A stretch of 64,000 bases of DNA from an uncultured Phycisphaerales bacterium (GTDB lineage Bacteria > Planctomycetota > Phycisphaerae > Sedimentisphaerales > Anaerobacaceae): NCBI GenBank assembly GCA_963718665.1, contig OY970359.1:2304001-2368000 (forward strand), given 5' to 3'. The notes beneath the pieces are model-generated. The model was not told the origin of the DNA. It did not search any database and saw nothing but the letters and a program-made list of their open reading frames with translations. Below are positions 20,879 to 31,467 of the stretch, in pieces (position 1 is the first letter of the stretch; every line of letters starts with the position of its first letter). The position numbers were made by a program, and so were the translations under genes.

Positions 20879-21382
20879 ATGACTTCGCAGCCAACAAAGA
20901 CGCGACGGTCGAGCCACAGGGATATGCTTGATTTGTTTATTCAGAACTGCCGTCGCAACGGACTTAAGATGACGCCCCAGAGGACGGCGGTTTACAAAAC
21001 GCTGATTAAGTCAAAGGAGCATCCGTCGACTGAAATGGTCTGGGGGCAGGTCAGGCGTTTGTTCCCGGGTATCTCGCTGGATACGGTGAATCGTACGCTT
21101 TTGACGCTTGCCGAAATCGGCTTGGCTTCGGTTGTGGAAGGTTCGGGCGACGTGCGTCGTTATGACGGCGACCTTGATAATCACCAGCACTTCAAATGCG
21201 TAAAATGTAAAAAAGTTTTCGACTTTCACTATGAACCGTTTGATGATATAAAAGTGCCAGCGAGTATTGCGGCGAAATTTAAGATATTAAGAAAGACGGT
21301 ATATCTGGAGGGCATTTGTAACTCCTGCGGGGGCAAATCCAGGTATAATCCTTTAGCCACGGGAAATGGTGACCACAAATGA
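20879..21382 (+). CDS. perR: Fur-family regulator, PerR-like
   Basis: GLKMTPQR, HPS, SLDTV.RTL, HQHFKC..C and C..C; heads a peroxide-stress cluster. Confidence 0.8.
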   Translation: MTSQPTKTRRSSHRDMLDLFIQNCRRNGLKMTPQRTAVYKTLIKSKEHPSTEMVWGQVRRLFPGISLDTVNRTLLTLAEIGLASVVEGSGDVRRYDGDLDNHQHFKCVKCKKVFDFHYEPFDDIKVPASIAAKFKILRKTVYLEGICNSCGGKSRYNPLATGNGDHK

Positions 21383-21491
21383 AAGCGGATACGAATTTGC
21401 AGACGTTATATTGGACGGTTTTTATGAAGCAATGATCATGATGGAGCAGGGCGCTCAATTCGGAAAGATTGTTTTGAAAATGCAAACTTGA
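21366..21491 (+). pseudogene. Possible C-terminal remnant of a medium-chain dehydrogenase/reductase
   Basis: 41-codon frame ending LDGFYEAMIMMEQGAQFGKIVLK, resembling the MDR C-terminal GKIVL motif. Confidence 0.4.
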
Positions 21492-21511
21492 TTAATTTTA
21501 GGAGAACATAA

Positions 21512-22084
21512 ATGAAGCTTAAAGGAACACAGACGGAGAAAAACCTTTTGACCGCATTCTCGGGTGAATCACAGGCGAGAAATCGTTATACCTATTTCGC
21601 GAGTCAGGCCAGGAAAGAGGGCTATGAGCAGATAGCGGCCATTTTCGAGGAGACCGCCAACCAGGAAAAAGAGCACGCAAAAAGGGAATTCAAATTTCTG
21701 GAAGGCGGCGAGGTTGAAATTACAGCAGCGTTTCCTGCTGGTGTTATAGGCAGCACGCCGGAAAACCTCAAGGAAGCGGCAGGCGGCGAGCATTATGAAA
21801 ATACAATTATGTACCCGGAGTTTGCCAAGACCGCGGAAAAGGAAGGATTCCCCGTGATAGCGAGTGTTTTCAAAAGCATTGCCATTGCGGAGAAGAGACA
21901 TGAGCGGCGTTACGTTGCGCTGGCCAAGAACATAGCCGATGGGGTTGTGTTCAAAAGGTCAAAGCCGGCCAGATGGGTTTGCAGGAATTGCGGATACGTT
22001 CACGAAGGGACTGAGGCGCCTGATACCTGCCCGGCCTGTGCGCATCCGAAGGCGCACTTTGAGCTTGAGGCGGTTAATTATTGA
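21512..22084 (+). CDS. rbr: Rubrerythrin
   Basis: [15 protein letters not shown]-terminal CRNCGY..CPAC. Confidence 0.95.
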   Translation: MKLKGTQTEKNLLTAFSGESQARNRYTYFASQARKEGYEQIAAIFEETANQEKEHAKREFKFLEGGEVEITAAFPAGVIGSTPENLKEAAGGEHYENTIMYPEFAKTAEKEGFPVIASVFKSIAIAEKRHERRYVALAKNIADGVVFKRSKPARWVCRNCGYVHEGTEAPDTCPACAHPKAHFELEAVNY

Positions 22085-22250
22085 AGGTATATAGGCAACC
22101 TCCCATCAGAAAATAGGAGATTTGCTTATAGTAACAGTTTTCTCGTTACTATATTCTTATGGGTGAGGGGCAAAGAAGCGAGGCCAGGTTTGGTCCCGGT
22201 TTGGGGATGAAACCTGGCCGTATCCCAGCGGTATGTTGGAGTAGTAAATT

Positions 22251-22847
22251 ATGTTTAGAAGTTGGAAGGCAGTATCAGTATATGGATTGGTTGTATCAAT
22301 AGCGTTAATGTTTACAGGATGCAGGGAGAACATTATGGAAGAACGCAAAGGTTTGGTTACGATGAAGGGTAAGCCGGTTACCCTTGTCGGTCAGGCGGTA
22401 AAAGTAGGACAAAAAGCGCCCGATTTTGAAGTTACGGCAAACGATTTGTCGCCGGTTAAGTTTTCGTCTTTTGCCGGCAAGGTGTGTATCATCGCGTCGG
22501 TGCCTTCGCTGGACACATCGGTCTGCGATTTGGAGACCCGCAAGTTCAATGAAAAGGCGGCCGAGCTTGGCAGCGACATTGTGGTGCTGACAATCAGTAT
22601 GGATTTGCCTTTTGCGCAGAAGCGGTGGTGCGGTGCGGCAGGGATAAAAAATGTTCAGACCCTGTCGGACTATCGCGACGCCTCATTCGGCAATGCTTAC
22701 GGGGTGCTGATAAAGGATTTAAGATTGCTGGCAAGGGCGGTTTTCGTTGTTGATAAAAAAGGCATTGTGCGTTACCTTCAGATAGTGCCTGAGATTGCCA
22801 CTGAGCCGGATTACGATGCGGTGTTGAAGGCAGTCAAAGAGTTGTAA
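22251..22847 (+). CDS. tpx: Thiol peroxidase Tpx (possible second start at 22335)
   Basis: VPSLDTSVC, ISMDLPFAQKRWC, LLARAVFV, EPDYD. Confidence 0.92.
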   Translation: MFRSWKAVSVYGLVVSIALMFTGCRENIMEERKGLVTMKGKPVTLVGQAVKVGQKAPDFEVTANDLSPVKFSSFAGKVCIIASVPSLDTSVCDLETRKFNEKAAELGSDIVVLTISMDLPFAQKRWCGAAGIKNVQTLSDYRDASFGNAYGVLIKDLRLLARAVFVVDKKGIVRYLQIVPEIATEPDYDAVLKAVKEL

Positions 22848-22873
22848 GGACAAAGCTAAAAGGATTTTGACTT

Positions 22874-24058
22874 ATGACCAACGAGATTAAACCAAATGTA
22901 TATGCGGTAGGGGCAATTGACTGGGACAGACGGCTGTTTGATGAATTGATTCCGCTGCCGGACGGGACAAGTTATAACGCCTACCTGATAAAGGGCAGCC
23001 AGAAAATCGCGCTGCTCGATACCGTTGACCCGCATAAAACACACGTTTTGCTGGATAATCTTGTCAGAGCGGGGGTGGAACGAATCGATTATGTTATCGC
23101 GCATCACGCTGAGCAGGACCATTCCGGCTCAATGCCCGACGTGCTGCTGCTTTACCCTGAAGCGAAAGTTGTTACCAACGCCAAGTGCAAAGCGATGCTG
23201 ATGGACCTTCTGCGTATAGAGGACGACAAATTCATCGTCGTCGAGGATGGGCAGGAATTGTCGCTGGGCGATAAGACGCTTAAGTTTATTTTTATCCCTT
23301 GGGTTCACTGGCCTGAGACGATGGGCACATATCTGGCGGAGGACAAAATACTTTTCCCATGTGATTTCTTCGGGTCTCATCTGGCGACGAGCAACTTGTT
23401 TGTTGAAGATGAGCCGATGGTTTATGAATGCGCGAAGCGGTATTACGCTGAAATTATGATGCCTTTCAGGACGCCGATAAAAAATAATCTCAAGAAGCTC
23501 GAAGCGTTTGACATTCAGATAATCGCGCCAAGTCACGGCCCTGTTTATCAAAGGCCTAAGTTTATAATCGATGCCTACAAGGACTGGGTCGGCGACGACG
23601 TTAAAAATGAAGTGATAGTGGCGTACGTCTCGATGCACGAAAGCACGCGGGAAATGGTTGAGCATTTAGTAGATGCGCTGGCCGAGCGTGGTATAAAGGT
23701 GCGGCAGTTTAACCTGACAGGTGTGGATATAGGCGAACTGGCGATGGCGCTTGTGGATGCGGCTACGGTAGTTATCGGTTCGCCGACGTTTCTTGTCGGC
23801 CCGCATCCCACGGCTGCGTATGCGACGATGCTGGCCAATGCGCTTCGACCGAAGACCCGATTTGTTTCGATTATCGGCTCTTTTGGCTGGGCAGGCAAAA
23901 TGGTTGAGCAATTGTCGGGTATGCTGGGTAATCTGAAGGTTGAAGTTATAGAGCCGGTGATAACAAAAGGTGTGGCTACGGATAAGGATTTCGTTTCCCT
24001 GGATCTGCTGGCGGATAAAATCGCCGCCAAACACAGGGAAATCGGAATTCTTAAATAG
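22874..24058 (+). CDS. fprA: Flavodiiron protein (A-type flavoprotein)
   Basis: GTSYNAYL, HAEQDHSG, VHWPE, CDFFGSH, PSHGP; flavodoxin C-terminal domain. Confidence 0.93.
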   Translation: MTNEIKPNVYAVGAIDWDRRLFDELIPLPDGTSYNAYLIKGSQKIALLDTVDPHKTHVLLDNLVRAGVERIDYVIAHHAEQDHSGSMPDVLLLYPEAKVVTNAKCKAMLMDLLRIEDDKFIVVEDGQELSLGDKTLKFIFIPWVHWPETMGTYLAEDKILFPCDFFGSHLATSNLFVEDEPMVYECAKRYYAEIMMPFRTPIKNNLKKLEAFDIQIIAPSHGPVYQRPKFIIDAYKDWVGDDVKNEVIVAYVSMHESTREMVEHLVDALAERGIKVRQFNLTGVDIGELAMALVDAATVVIGSPTFLVGPHPTAAYATMLANALRPKTRFVSIIGSFGWAGKMVEQLSGMLGNLKVEVIEPVITKGVATDKDFVSLDLLADKIAAKHREIGILK

Positions 24059-24121
24059 TTGTTAATGGTTGGGCGAAAAACTGGAAAAAGCCAACTCATT
24101 TTGATATGAAAGGGGCTTACA

Positions 24122-24499
24122 ATGGCTGAAAGATATGAAGTTTATGAGTGTAAGGTATGCGGCAATATACTTGAGGTGCTGCGAGGCGGCAAGGGTGATC
24201 TGGTCTGCTGTGGGCAGCCGATGACAAAATTAGTTGTCAATACAGTGGATGCCTCGAAGGAAAAACACGTGCCGGTCATCGAGAAACTCGCCGATGGCTT
24301 CAAGGTCAAGGTCGGCAGTGTTCCTCACCCTATGGAGGAAAAGCATTATATTGAATGGATTGAGCTTTTTGCGGACGGCAAAGAGTATCGCCAGTATCTC
24401 AAACCAGGCGCCGCACCGGAAGCGATATTCAATATAAAGGCGACAAACGTGACGGCTCGCGAACATTGCAACATTCACGGCTTGTGGGAAGCAAAGTAA
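24122..24499 (+). CDS. dfx: Desulfoferrodoxin (superoxide reductase)
   Basis: C..CGN, CCG, EKHVP, HPM...HYI, CNIHGLW. Confidence 0.95.
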   Translation: MAERYEVYECKVCGNILEVLRGGKGDLVCCGQPMTKLVVNTVDASKEKHVPVIEKLADGFKVKVGSVPHPMEEKHYIEWIELFADGKEYRQYLKPGAAPEAIFNIKATNVTAREHCNIHGLWEAK

Positions 24500-24566
24500 C
24501 CGGCTCGATGTATATGCTCGACAAGGAGCTTGGCAAACGAGGGACCGCGAAGTAAGGAGATTGCTA

Positions 24567-25055
24567 ATGGCTATAAGTTTCAACCTGGACGAAATTTTCG
24601 AGATGGCCGAACAGATAGAAAAAAACGGCGCTAATTTCTATCGTGAGGCCGCCCGCAAGACCGGCGACAAGACGACGCAGAAAACGTTTATGAATCTGGC
24701 GGTAATGGAAGACGGCCATCTGAAAATATTCCAGGAAATGAGAAAACAGCTCGACGCTTCGGACAGGGAGCCGATGACTTTCGACCCGGATGATGAGGCC
24801 GCCTTGTATTTGCAGGCGATGGCCGCGAGTCACGGTATCGAAGGCAAAAAGGATCGGCTGACCAAACTGTCCGGTAACGAAACTATAAGAGAGATATTCG
24901 AGATAGCCGTCAACGCCGAGAAGAATTCGATTGTGTTCTATACCGCCCTGAAAGACATTGTCTCCGCCACAGGCAGGGATAAGGTCGATACGATTATTTC
25001 GGAAGAGCTTGGTCATCTGGCAATACTTAAAATGCAGTTGGCGCAATTGCCGTAA
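24567..25055 (+). CDS. Ferritin-like (rubrerythrin-family) diiron protein
   Basis: IE..G..FY, E..H, EK.SI.FY, EE..H. Confidence 0.85.
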   Translation: MAISFNLDEIFEMAEQIEKNGANFYREAARKTGDKTTQKTFMNLAVMEDGHLKIFQEMRKQLDASDREPMTFDPDDEAALYLQAMAASHGIEGKKDRLTKLSGNETIREIFEIAVNAEKNSIVFYTALKDIVSATGRDKVDTIISEELGHLAILKMQLAQLP

Positions 25056-25105
25056 TACGGGTTGAGACCGGTTTGACTTACGCTGAATAGGCAGGAAGCC
25101 GAGCA

Positions 25106-25810
25106 ATGCTTGATTTGGAATCACTGTTCAAACTAAGCTATGGTATGTGCATCCTTACTTCAAAAGAGGATGATAAACTAAACGGGTGTATTGTTAACAC
25201 GGTGTTCCAGTTAACGCCTGAGCCGCCTGTGGTGGCGGTAAGCGTCAACAAACAGTGCCTGACGCACCAGTTTATCAGTGCGAGCAGGGTCTTTGCTGTT
25301 TCAATACTTTCAGAAGCGGTGCCGGTACCCTTCATAGGGAAATTCGGTTTCAGGACGGGCAGGGACATCAATAAACTCGGAAAATTACAGTATCGTATCG
25401 GCGAAACGGGAGCCCCGATAATTCTTGATTACGCCGTCGGGTTTCTCGAAGCCGAGGTGATACAATATGTTGATGTTGGAAGCCACACATTATTTATAGG
25501 CAAAATAGTTGCCTGCGAATTGCTTGAAGGCAAAGGTTATCCAATGACCTATGCCTACTATCGCGACGTCAAGCACGGTCGAACGCCCAAGTCGGCGGCT
25601 ACGTATATTGAACATAAACCTCAGGCGGCTGAAGGAGTAAAAAAGATGAAAAAATACAGATGTATTATGTGCAGCTATATTTATGACCCGGCACTTGGCG
25701 ACCCGGACAACGGGGTCAAGCCGGGCACGAGTTTTGAGAATTTGCCCGCCGACTGGGTATGCCCGGAATGCGGCGCCGGCAAAGACGAGTTTGAACCGGT
25801 CAATGACTGA
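25106..25810 (+). CDS. Flavin reductase-rubredoxin fusion (high-molecular-weight rubredoxin)
   Basis: Flavin reductase domain (GSHTLFIG) plus C-terminal [10 protein letters not shown]...WVCPEC. Confidence 0.9.
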   Translation: MLDLESLFKLSYGMCILTSKEDDKLNGCIVNTVFQLTPEPPVVAVSVNKQCLTHQFISASRVFAVSILSEAVPVPFIGKFGFRTGRDINKLGKLQYRIGETGAPIILDYAVGFLEAEVIQYVDVGSHTLFIGKIVACELLEGKGYPMTYAYYRDVKHGRTPKSAATYIEHKPQAAEGVKKMKKYRCIMCSYIYDPALGDPDNGVKPGTSFENLPADWVCPECGAGKDEFEPVND

Positions 25811-25847
25811 TTTTCCGGCCGGGCAGCCGTCGTCGCGGTTTTGATGG

Positions 25848-27404
25848 ATGTTTGCTATGAGCGATATTTGTCCGACAATTTTGCCGCAGGAAATCGCCTG
25901 TGCGGAGGTTAACGCTCCTCCCTGCGGTATAGTTGTATTCGGAGCTTCCGGTGACCTGGTCCGCCGTAAATTACTCGGCAGCGTATTCGAGCTTTTCAGG
26001 CGTGGTTTGCTCAGTGAGAATTTTTATCTTGTGGGCTGCGGCAGGAGCAATTTTTCCGATGAGCAATATCGAACCGATGTCGGTAATGCCGTGAGTGAAT
26101 CTGTCGGAGATGTTCCCCCGGAACTGCTTAGAAGTTTTACGGACAAGGTATATTATATTGTCGGTGATTACGAGCAGGAGTCATTTTACAAATCAATTGC
26201 GGCGAGATTAATAAAACTCAACAAGGCGCATAACGTCGGCGGCAGCCGTATTTTTTATATGGCTGTGCCGCCTTTTTTGTATGGCACAATAGTAAAAGGC
26301 CTCGATTCGGCGGGCCTTTCCTGTCCGGGGCTGCCCGGATGCGAACAAATCCGGCTGGTCGTCGAAAAACCGTTCGGCGCCGATTTGAAAAGTGCAGACG
26401 AACTTAACAAAATCATTCAGAAGCATTTTGCCGAACGTCAGATATACCGCATCGACCATTATCTGGGCAAAGAGACCGTCCAGAACATTTTGATGTTCAG
26501 GTTTGCCAACACAATTTTCGAGCCGGTCTGGAATCGTAATTTCATCGACCATATCCAGATTACAATAGCTGAGTCCGATGGCGTTGAGCATCGCGGTGGC
26601 TATTACGACAAAGCAGGTGCATTTCGGGATATGTTCCAGAATCATATTCTCGGGATGCTTGCTTTTGTTGCGATGGAGCCGCCTGTTTCTTTCGATGCCG
26701 ATTCTGTTCGCGATGAAAAAGTCAAACTGCTACAATGCATAAGGCCGTTGACCGAACAAAGCATAAACACCGATTTTGTCAGGGGGCAATATGCAACCGG
26801 CGAAGTTGACGGCAAAAACGTTGCGGGCTATCGCAATGAGCCGAAGGTCGATGCCTCATCCGACACCGAGACGTATGTGGCCGCGAGATTGTTCGTGGAT
26901 AACTGGCGATGGCAGGACGTGCCTTTTTATCTCAGGACCGGCAAACGCTTAGCGAGAAAAAATACCGAGATTGCCATAACGTTCAAGAAGGTTCCTCATT
27001 CGATGTTTGTTTCCGCCGGCCTGGGTGATTTGCCCGCCAATACCCTGGTGATGCAGATACAGCCGGAGGAAGGAATATCGCTGAGCTTCCAGGCCAAGCG
27101 TCCCGGCTCCAAGGTTTGTATGGGGACGCTGAGGATGAGATTCAGCTATGCCGAAGTCTTTGGTGGCGAGCCGCCGGAGGCGTATCAGCGATTACTTCTT
27201 GATTGTATGCTTGGCGACCAGACACTTTTTACCCGTCAGGATGACGTCGAGGTTTCCTGGGGGTTGCTTGACCCTGTTTTGCAGGCGTGGGCGAACAGAC
27301 AATCGATGCCTTACGAATACAGGGCGGGTTCGGAGAGTTTTCCGCAGGCCGACCGGCTTATCGAATCCGAAGGCAGGACCTGGCGGCCCCTGCGTGAGAT
27401 ATGA
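25848..27404 (+). CDS. zwf: Glucose-6-phosphate 1-dehydrogenase
   Basis: GASGDL, EKPFG, RIDHYLGKE, RDMFQNH. Confidence 0.96.
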   Translation: MFAMSDICPTILPQEIACAEVNAPPCGIVVFGASGDLVRRKLLGSVFELFRRGLLSENFYLVGCGRSNFSDEQYRTDVGNAVSESVGDVPPELLRSFTDKVYYIVGDYEQESFYKSIAARLIKLNKAHNVGGSRIFYMAVPPFLYGTIVKGLDSAGLSCPGLPGCEQIRLVVEKPFGADLKSADELNKIIQKHFAERQIYRIDHYLGKETVQNILMFRFANTIFEPVWNRNFIDHIQITIAESDGVEHRGGYYDKAGAFRDMFQNHILGMLAFVAMEPPVSFDADSVRDEKVKLLQCIRPLTEQSINTDFVRGQYATGEVDGKNVAGYRNEPKVDASSDTETYVAARLFVDNWRWQDVPFYLRTGKRLARKNTEIAITFKKVPHSMFVSAGLGDLPANTLVMQIQPEEGISLSFQAKRPGSKVCMGTLRMRFSYAEVFGGEPPEAYQRLLLDCMLGDQTLFTRQDDVEVSWGLLDPVLQAWANRQSMPYEYRAGSESFPQADRLIESEGRTWRPLREI

Positions 27405-27429
27405 AATTATCTGTTTGGAGAAACATAAA

Positions 27430-27915
27430 ATGAACATATTTGAATTCGCTATTGAAAAAGAGCAACTGGCGGAACAATTTTATCGCGAGATGGCGCAGCG
27501 TGCGCCTCACAAGGGACTCGTAAGCATCCTCACAATGCTTGCCGACGAAGAACACGGCCACATTGATGTTGTTACGAAAATGAAGGAAGGAGTCGCCGCT
27601 AAGGTCGCGGATACGATATTGCTGACCAACGCCAAGACGATTTTTGCGAAGATGAGGCAGAGCAAAGACAAGTTCAAGTTCGGCGACAGCCAGATTGACC
27701 TTTACAAAAAGGCGCAGGACATAGAAAAAGAAAGCCGGTCGTTCTATCGCCAGAAGGCACAGGAATCGGATAATCCGAGTCATAAGGCGATTTTTAACAC
27801 GCTGGCGGAAGAAGAAAACAAGCATTATTTCCTCCTCGAAAATATAATCGAGTTTGTTTCCAGGCCTCAGACGTGGCTGGAAAACGCGGAGTTCCATCAT
27901 CTCGAAAAGTATTAA
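27430..27915 (+). CDS. Ferritin-like (rubrerythrin-family) protein
   Basis: MNIFEFAIEKE..FY, EE.GH, EEENKH; GGAG SD upstream. Confidence 0.85.
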   Translation: MNIFEFAIEKEQLAEQFYREMAQRAPHKGLVSILTMLADEEHGHIDVVTKMKEGVAAKVADTILLTNAKTIFAKMRQSKDKFKFGDSQIDLYKKAQDIEKESRSFYRQKAQESDNPSHKAIFNTLAEEENKHYFLLENIIEFVSRPQTWLENAEFHHLEKY

Positions 27916-27947
27916 TGGGCGATATTTGAAGAGGGGCGGATACAGGT

Positions 27948-29675
27948 ATGGTGCGGGAGAAGCATATCAAAGCGCAAGGCATTTCAATAGTTCTGTGCGG
28001 CCAAGCGGGTATGGGCATACAAACGGTCGAGGGTATCCTGACCGGGATGCTGAAACTCGCCGGCTATAATGTTTTTGCGACAAAGGAGTATATGTCCCGC
28101 GTCCGCGGCGGCAATAACTCCACGGAAATACGAGTCGGCTCCAAGCCGGTTTCTGCTTATGTTGACCGTATAGATATTCTTGTTCCGTTGAATAAAGGCG
28201 CAATCGCGCATCTGCGGGACAGAATTTCCACAGATACAGTGATTATCGGCGAGGCGGAATTGCTGGGCGATGAGGTCCCCGGTGGAAAATCAAAATTCGT
28301 CGAGACGCCGTTTACTAAAATCGCCAACGACCTCGGCAACAAGATTTACTCCAACGTCGTCGCTACGGGGACACTGGCCGGTTTACTTGGAATGAAGCTC
28401 GATGAGGTTTGCGAATACGTCAGGCGTACGTTTTCCACAAAGGCCGCGGATATTGTTTCAAACAACGTTAAGGCCGCGGAGGCTGGCTTTCGGCTTGCTG
28501 GGGACGTGGCGGCCAGGGCTGATATCAAAATCAATATCAGTCCCGACGCGGGCGTTAAAGACCAGATTATACCGAGCGGCGGCGACGCCATAGGGCTTGG
28601 CGCTATGGCGGGGGGGTGCAATTTCGTTTCTTCGTATCCGATGACACCCTCGACGTCCGTGCTTAGCTTTATGGCAAAGCACGGACGGGGTTCAGGAATA
28701 ATCGTTGAACAGGCGGAAGACGAAATCGCCGCGATAAATATGGCGATTGGCGCATGGTATTCTGGCGCACGGGCGATGGTAACAACGTCGGGAGGGGGTT
28801 TTGCCCTGATGGTGGAGGGTGTGAGCTTGGCGGGTATGCTCGAATCGCCTGTGGTTATTCACCTCGGTCAAAGACCTGCGCCTGCTACGGGCTTACCCAC
28901 TCGAACCGAGCAAGCCGATATAGAGCTTGTGCTTTATGCGGGCCACGGCGAGTTTCCCAGAATTATTTTTACGCCGGGCACGCTTGAGCAGGCATTTTAT
29001 CTTACCGCCCGTGCGTTTAATCTTGCCGACAAATTCCAAATGCCGGTATTTGTTCTCAGCGACCAGTATCTCGTTGATTCTTATTACAATACCGCTGCCT
29101 TTGATGTATCGAAGGTCAAAGTCGAAAAATACGTTGTCAAAACCGCAGCCGATTACAAACGCTACGAAATCACCCCCGACGGCATATCGCCTCGCGGCAT
29201 TCCCGGCTTCGGAAAGGGCCCGGTCTGTGTGGATAGCGATGAACACGACGCTGAAGGGCATATAACGGAGGATTTGGGCCTTAGAACAAAAATGGTCGAT
29301 AAACGCCTGCTAAAACTCGAATCCGCCAAGGCAGAGATTATCGAGCCGCAGCTTTATCCTAATTGCAAATACAAGAATCTCGTTGTCTGCTGGGGTTCGA
29401 CTTATCCGGTTGTTAAAGAGGCGATTGAGCTTTTAGGTAAATCCGATACTTCTCTTTTGCATTACAGCCAGGTTTATCCGCTGCACCCGAAGACCGCGGA
29501 TTATCTGTCTAAGGCAAAACGGGTCGTTATCGTCGAGGGCAATGCTACTGCCCAATTTTCCAAATTGATAAAATTGCATGCCGGTTTCGATATTGAACAC
29601 AAGATTCTGAAATACAGCGGCCTGCAATTTTCAGTCGAGGAAGTAACTGTCGCATTGAAAAAAATCCTGAAGTGA
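27948..29675 (+). CDS. 2-oxoacid:ferredoxin oxidoreductase alpha subunit
   Basis: GQAGMGI, RVRGGNN, YPMTPS, EDEI, TTSGGGF, TGLPT.TEQ. Confidence 0.92.
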   Translation: MVREKHIKAQGISIVLCGQAGMGIQTVEGILTGMLKLAGYNVFATKEYMSRVRGGNNSTEIRVGSKPVSAYVDRIDILVPLNKGAIAHLRDRISTDTVIIGEAELLGDEVPGGKSKFVETPFTKIANDLGNKIYSNVVATGTLAGLLGMKLDEVCEYVRRTFSTKAADIVSNNVKAAEAGFRLAGDVAARADIKINISPDAGVKDQIIPSGGDAIGLGAMAGGCNFVSSYPMTPSTSVLSFMAKHGRGSGIIVEQAEDEIAAINMAIGAWYSGARAMVTTSGGGFALMVEGVSLAGMLESPVVIHLGQRPAPATGLPTRTEQADIELVLYAGHGEFPRIIFTPGTLEQAFYLTARAFNLADKFQMPVFVLSDQYLVDSYYNTAAFDVSKVKVEKYVVKTAADYKRYEITPDGISPRGIPGFGKGPVCVDSDEHDAEGHITEDLGLRTKMVDKRLLKLESAKAEIIEPQLYPNCKYKNLVVCWGSTYPVVKEAIELLGKSDTSLLHYSQVYPLHPKTADYLSKAKRVVIVEGNATAQFSKLIKLHAGFDIEHKILKYSGLQFSVEEVTVALKKILK

Positions 29676-29682
29676 GGTTTTT

Positions 29683-30552
29683 ATGGATACGAATGTTTTT
29701 GATATGGGTGAAATTGATATCGCCTGGTGTCCGGGCTGCGGCGATTACGGTATTCTCAACGTGCTCAAAAAAGCTCTTGCTGAGCTTGATATCGCTCCGG
29801 AAAAACTTGTTATGGTCTCAGGCATAGGGCAGGCGGCCAAGATTCCGCATTACCTAAAGACGAATTTTTTCAACGGTCTGCACGGTCGCGCCCTTCCTCC
29901 CGCCACCGCAATTAAAGCGGCTAATCCTTCGATGACCGTTATCGCGGAAAGCGGCGACGGCGATATGTACGGCGAGGGCGGCAATCACTTCATTCACACC
30001 ATCAGGCGAAATCCCGGCATCACAAATATCGTCCATAACAATATGGTTTACGGTCTTACCAAAGGCCAGGCCTCGCCGACGAGCCAGCTTGGTTTCAAGA
30101 CCTCCGTACAGGTCGCGGGCGTTATGCTTGAGCCGTTTAACCCGCTGGCAGTTGCGATTGCCCTTGATGCCGGTTTCGTCGCAAGGGCATTCATTGGCGA
30201 TGCTGACAAAACCAAAGAAATCCTCAAAAAAGCGATTACGCACAAAGGGTATGCCTTAGTCGATATATTCCAGCCCTGCGTTACTTTTAACAAAATAAAC
30301 ACCTGGCAGTGGTTCAAGGAACATACTTATTATCTTGAGGATTCTTACAACCCGCACGACCGCTCGGCTGCTTTCAAAAGGGCGCTCGAAACGGACAAAC
30401 TGCCGCTGGGAATTTTTTATATCAATCCTAACAAGAGCGCATTCGAGAATAATGTCGGGATTTATCAGCAGGATAATCGACCGTTGTTTGAAAGAGAACC
30501 GGATATGAATCGGCTGCGAATGCTCATTGGAAAATTCCGGGCCGCCGGCTAA
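29683..30552 (+). CDS. 2-oxoacid:ferredoxin oxidoreductase beta subunit
   Basis: WCPGCG, LHGR, GDGD TPP motif, YGLTKGQ.SPT. Confidence 0.92.
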   Translation: MDTNVFDMGEIDIAWCPGCGDYGILNVLKKALAELDIAPEKLVMVSGIGQAAKIPHYLKTNFFNGLHGRALPPATAIKAANPSMTVIAESGDGDMYGEGGNHFIHTIRRNPGITNIVHNNMVYGLTKGQASPTSQLGFKTSVQVAGVMLEPFNPLAVAIALDAGFVARAFIGDADKTKEILKKAITHKGYALVDIFQPCVTFNKINTWQWFKEHTYYLEDSYNPHDRSAAFKRALETDKLPLGIFYINPNKSAFENNVGIYQQDNRPLFEREPDMNRLRMLIGKFRAAG

Positions 30553-30571
30553 TCGCAGGAGTCGTGAGTTA

Positions 30572-31467
30572 ATGAAATCAATGGCTGCCATTTCACCAAC
30601 CGATGCTTCTGCGGCGAAAGCCGAAAAGCTAAAGGCATTGTTCGAAGGGCTGTATAAAAAATACAACCGGAAAGAGTTAATCAAGCCCGACCCGCTGCAA
30701 TTTATTTACCGATACAGCGATCCCGCGGATATGGAAATCGTCGGCCTTCTGTCTGCCTGCCTCGCTTATGGCAGGGTTGAGCAGATTCAGAATGATTTGA
30801 ATGATTTGCTTGGCAGAATGGGCAACAGCCCTTATGAATTTATGCTCAATTTCACGAATAAAGACCGGGCGTTGCTTGAGGATTTCAAGCACCGTTTCAA
30901 TACCGGCAACGACATATCCGACTTGCTTACGCTGCTAAAAGACGTGCTTGCAGAACACGGCAGTATCGAGAAGTATTTTATGCTTGGGCTTGACCCCGCC
31001 CACGAAAATACTATTTTCGCCCTGATGCGTTTCTGCGATTCGCTTTTGGATAAGTATCGTATGACACATCAGGGGCGTCGGTCGAAAGGGCTTGCGTTTC
31101 TTCTCGCGGGGCCCGGCCTGGGCGGGGCGGCCAAACGGCTCAATCTGTTTCTTCGCTGGATGGTTCGCAGCGACGATGTTGATGCGGGCCTTTGGCGCTC
31201 GGTAGATAAATCGAAGCTGATTGTCCCTGTCGATGTTCATATCGCCCGGCTTTGCAGAATTCTTGGCTTTCACAGTCATAAAAACGTTTCGTTGAAAACC
31301 GCCATTGAAATAACGCGCAACTTTGCCCTGATTTCGACGGATGACCCTGTGAAATATGATTTTGCTCTTTCGCGCATCGGCATACTCGAAGATTGTACGG
31401 GCAAGCGCGAGAACAGTGTAACGTCTGCGAATTGCTGCCGTGGTGCCGCAACAGGAAGGACTGGTAA
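30572..31467 (+). CDS. TIGR02757/DUF2400-family HhH-GPD-like protein; frameshift near 31410
   Basis: DPLQF, LAYGRV, KRLNLFLRWMVR, PVDVH, DPVKYDFAL. Alternative frame ends CNVCELLPWCRNRKDW* with TAA overlapping the next ATG. Confidence 0.8.
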
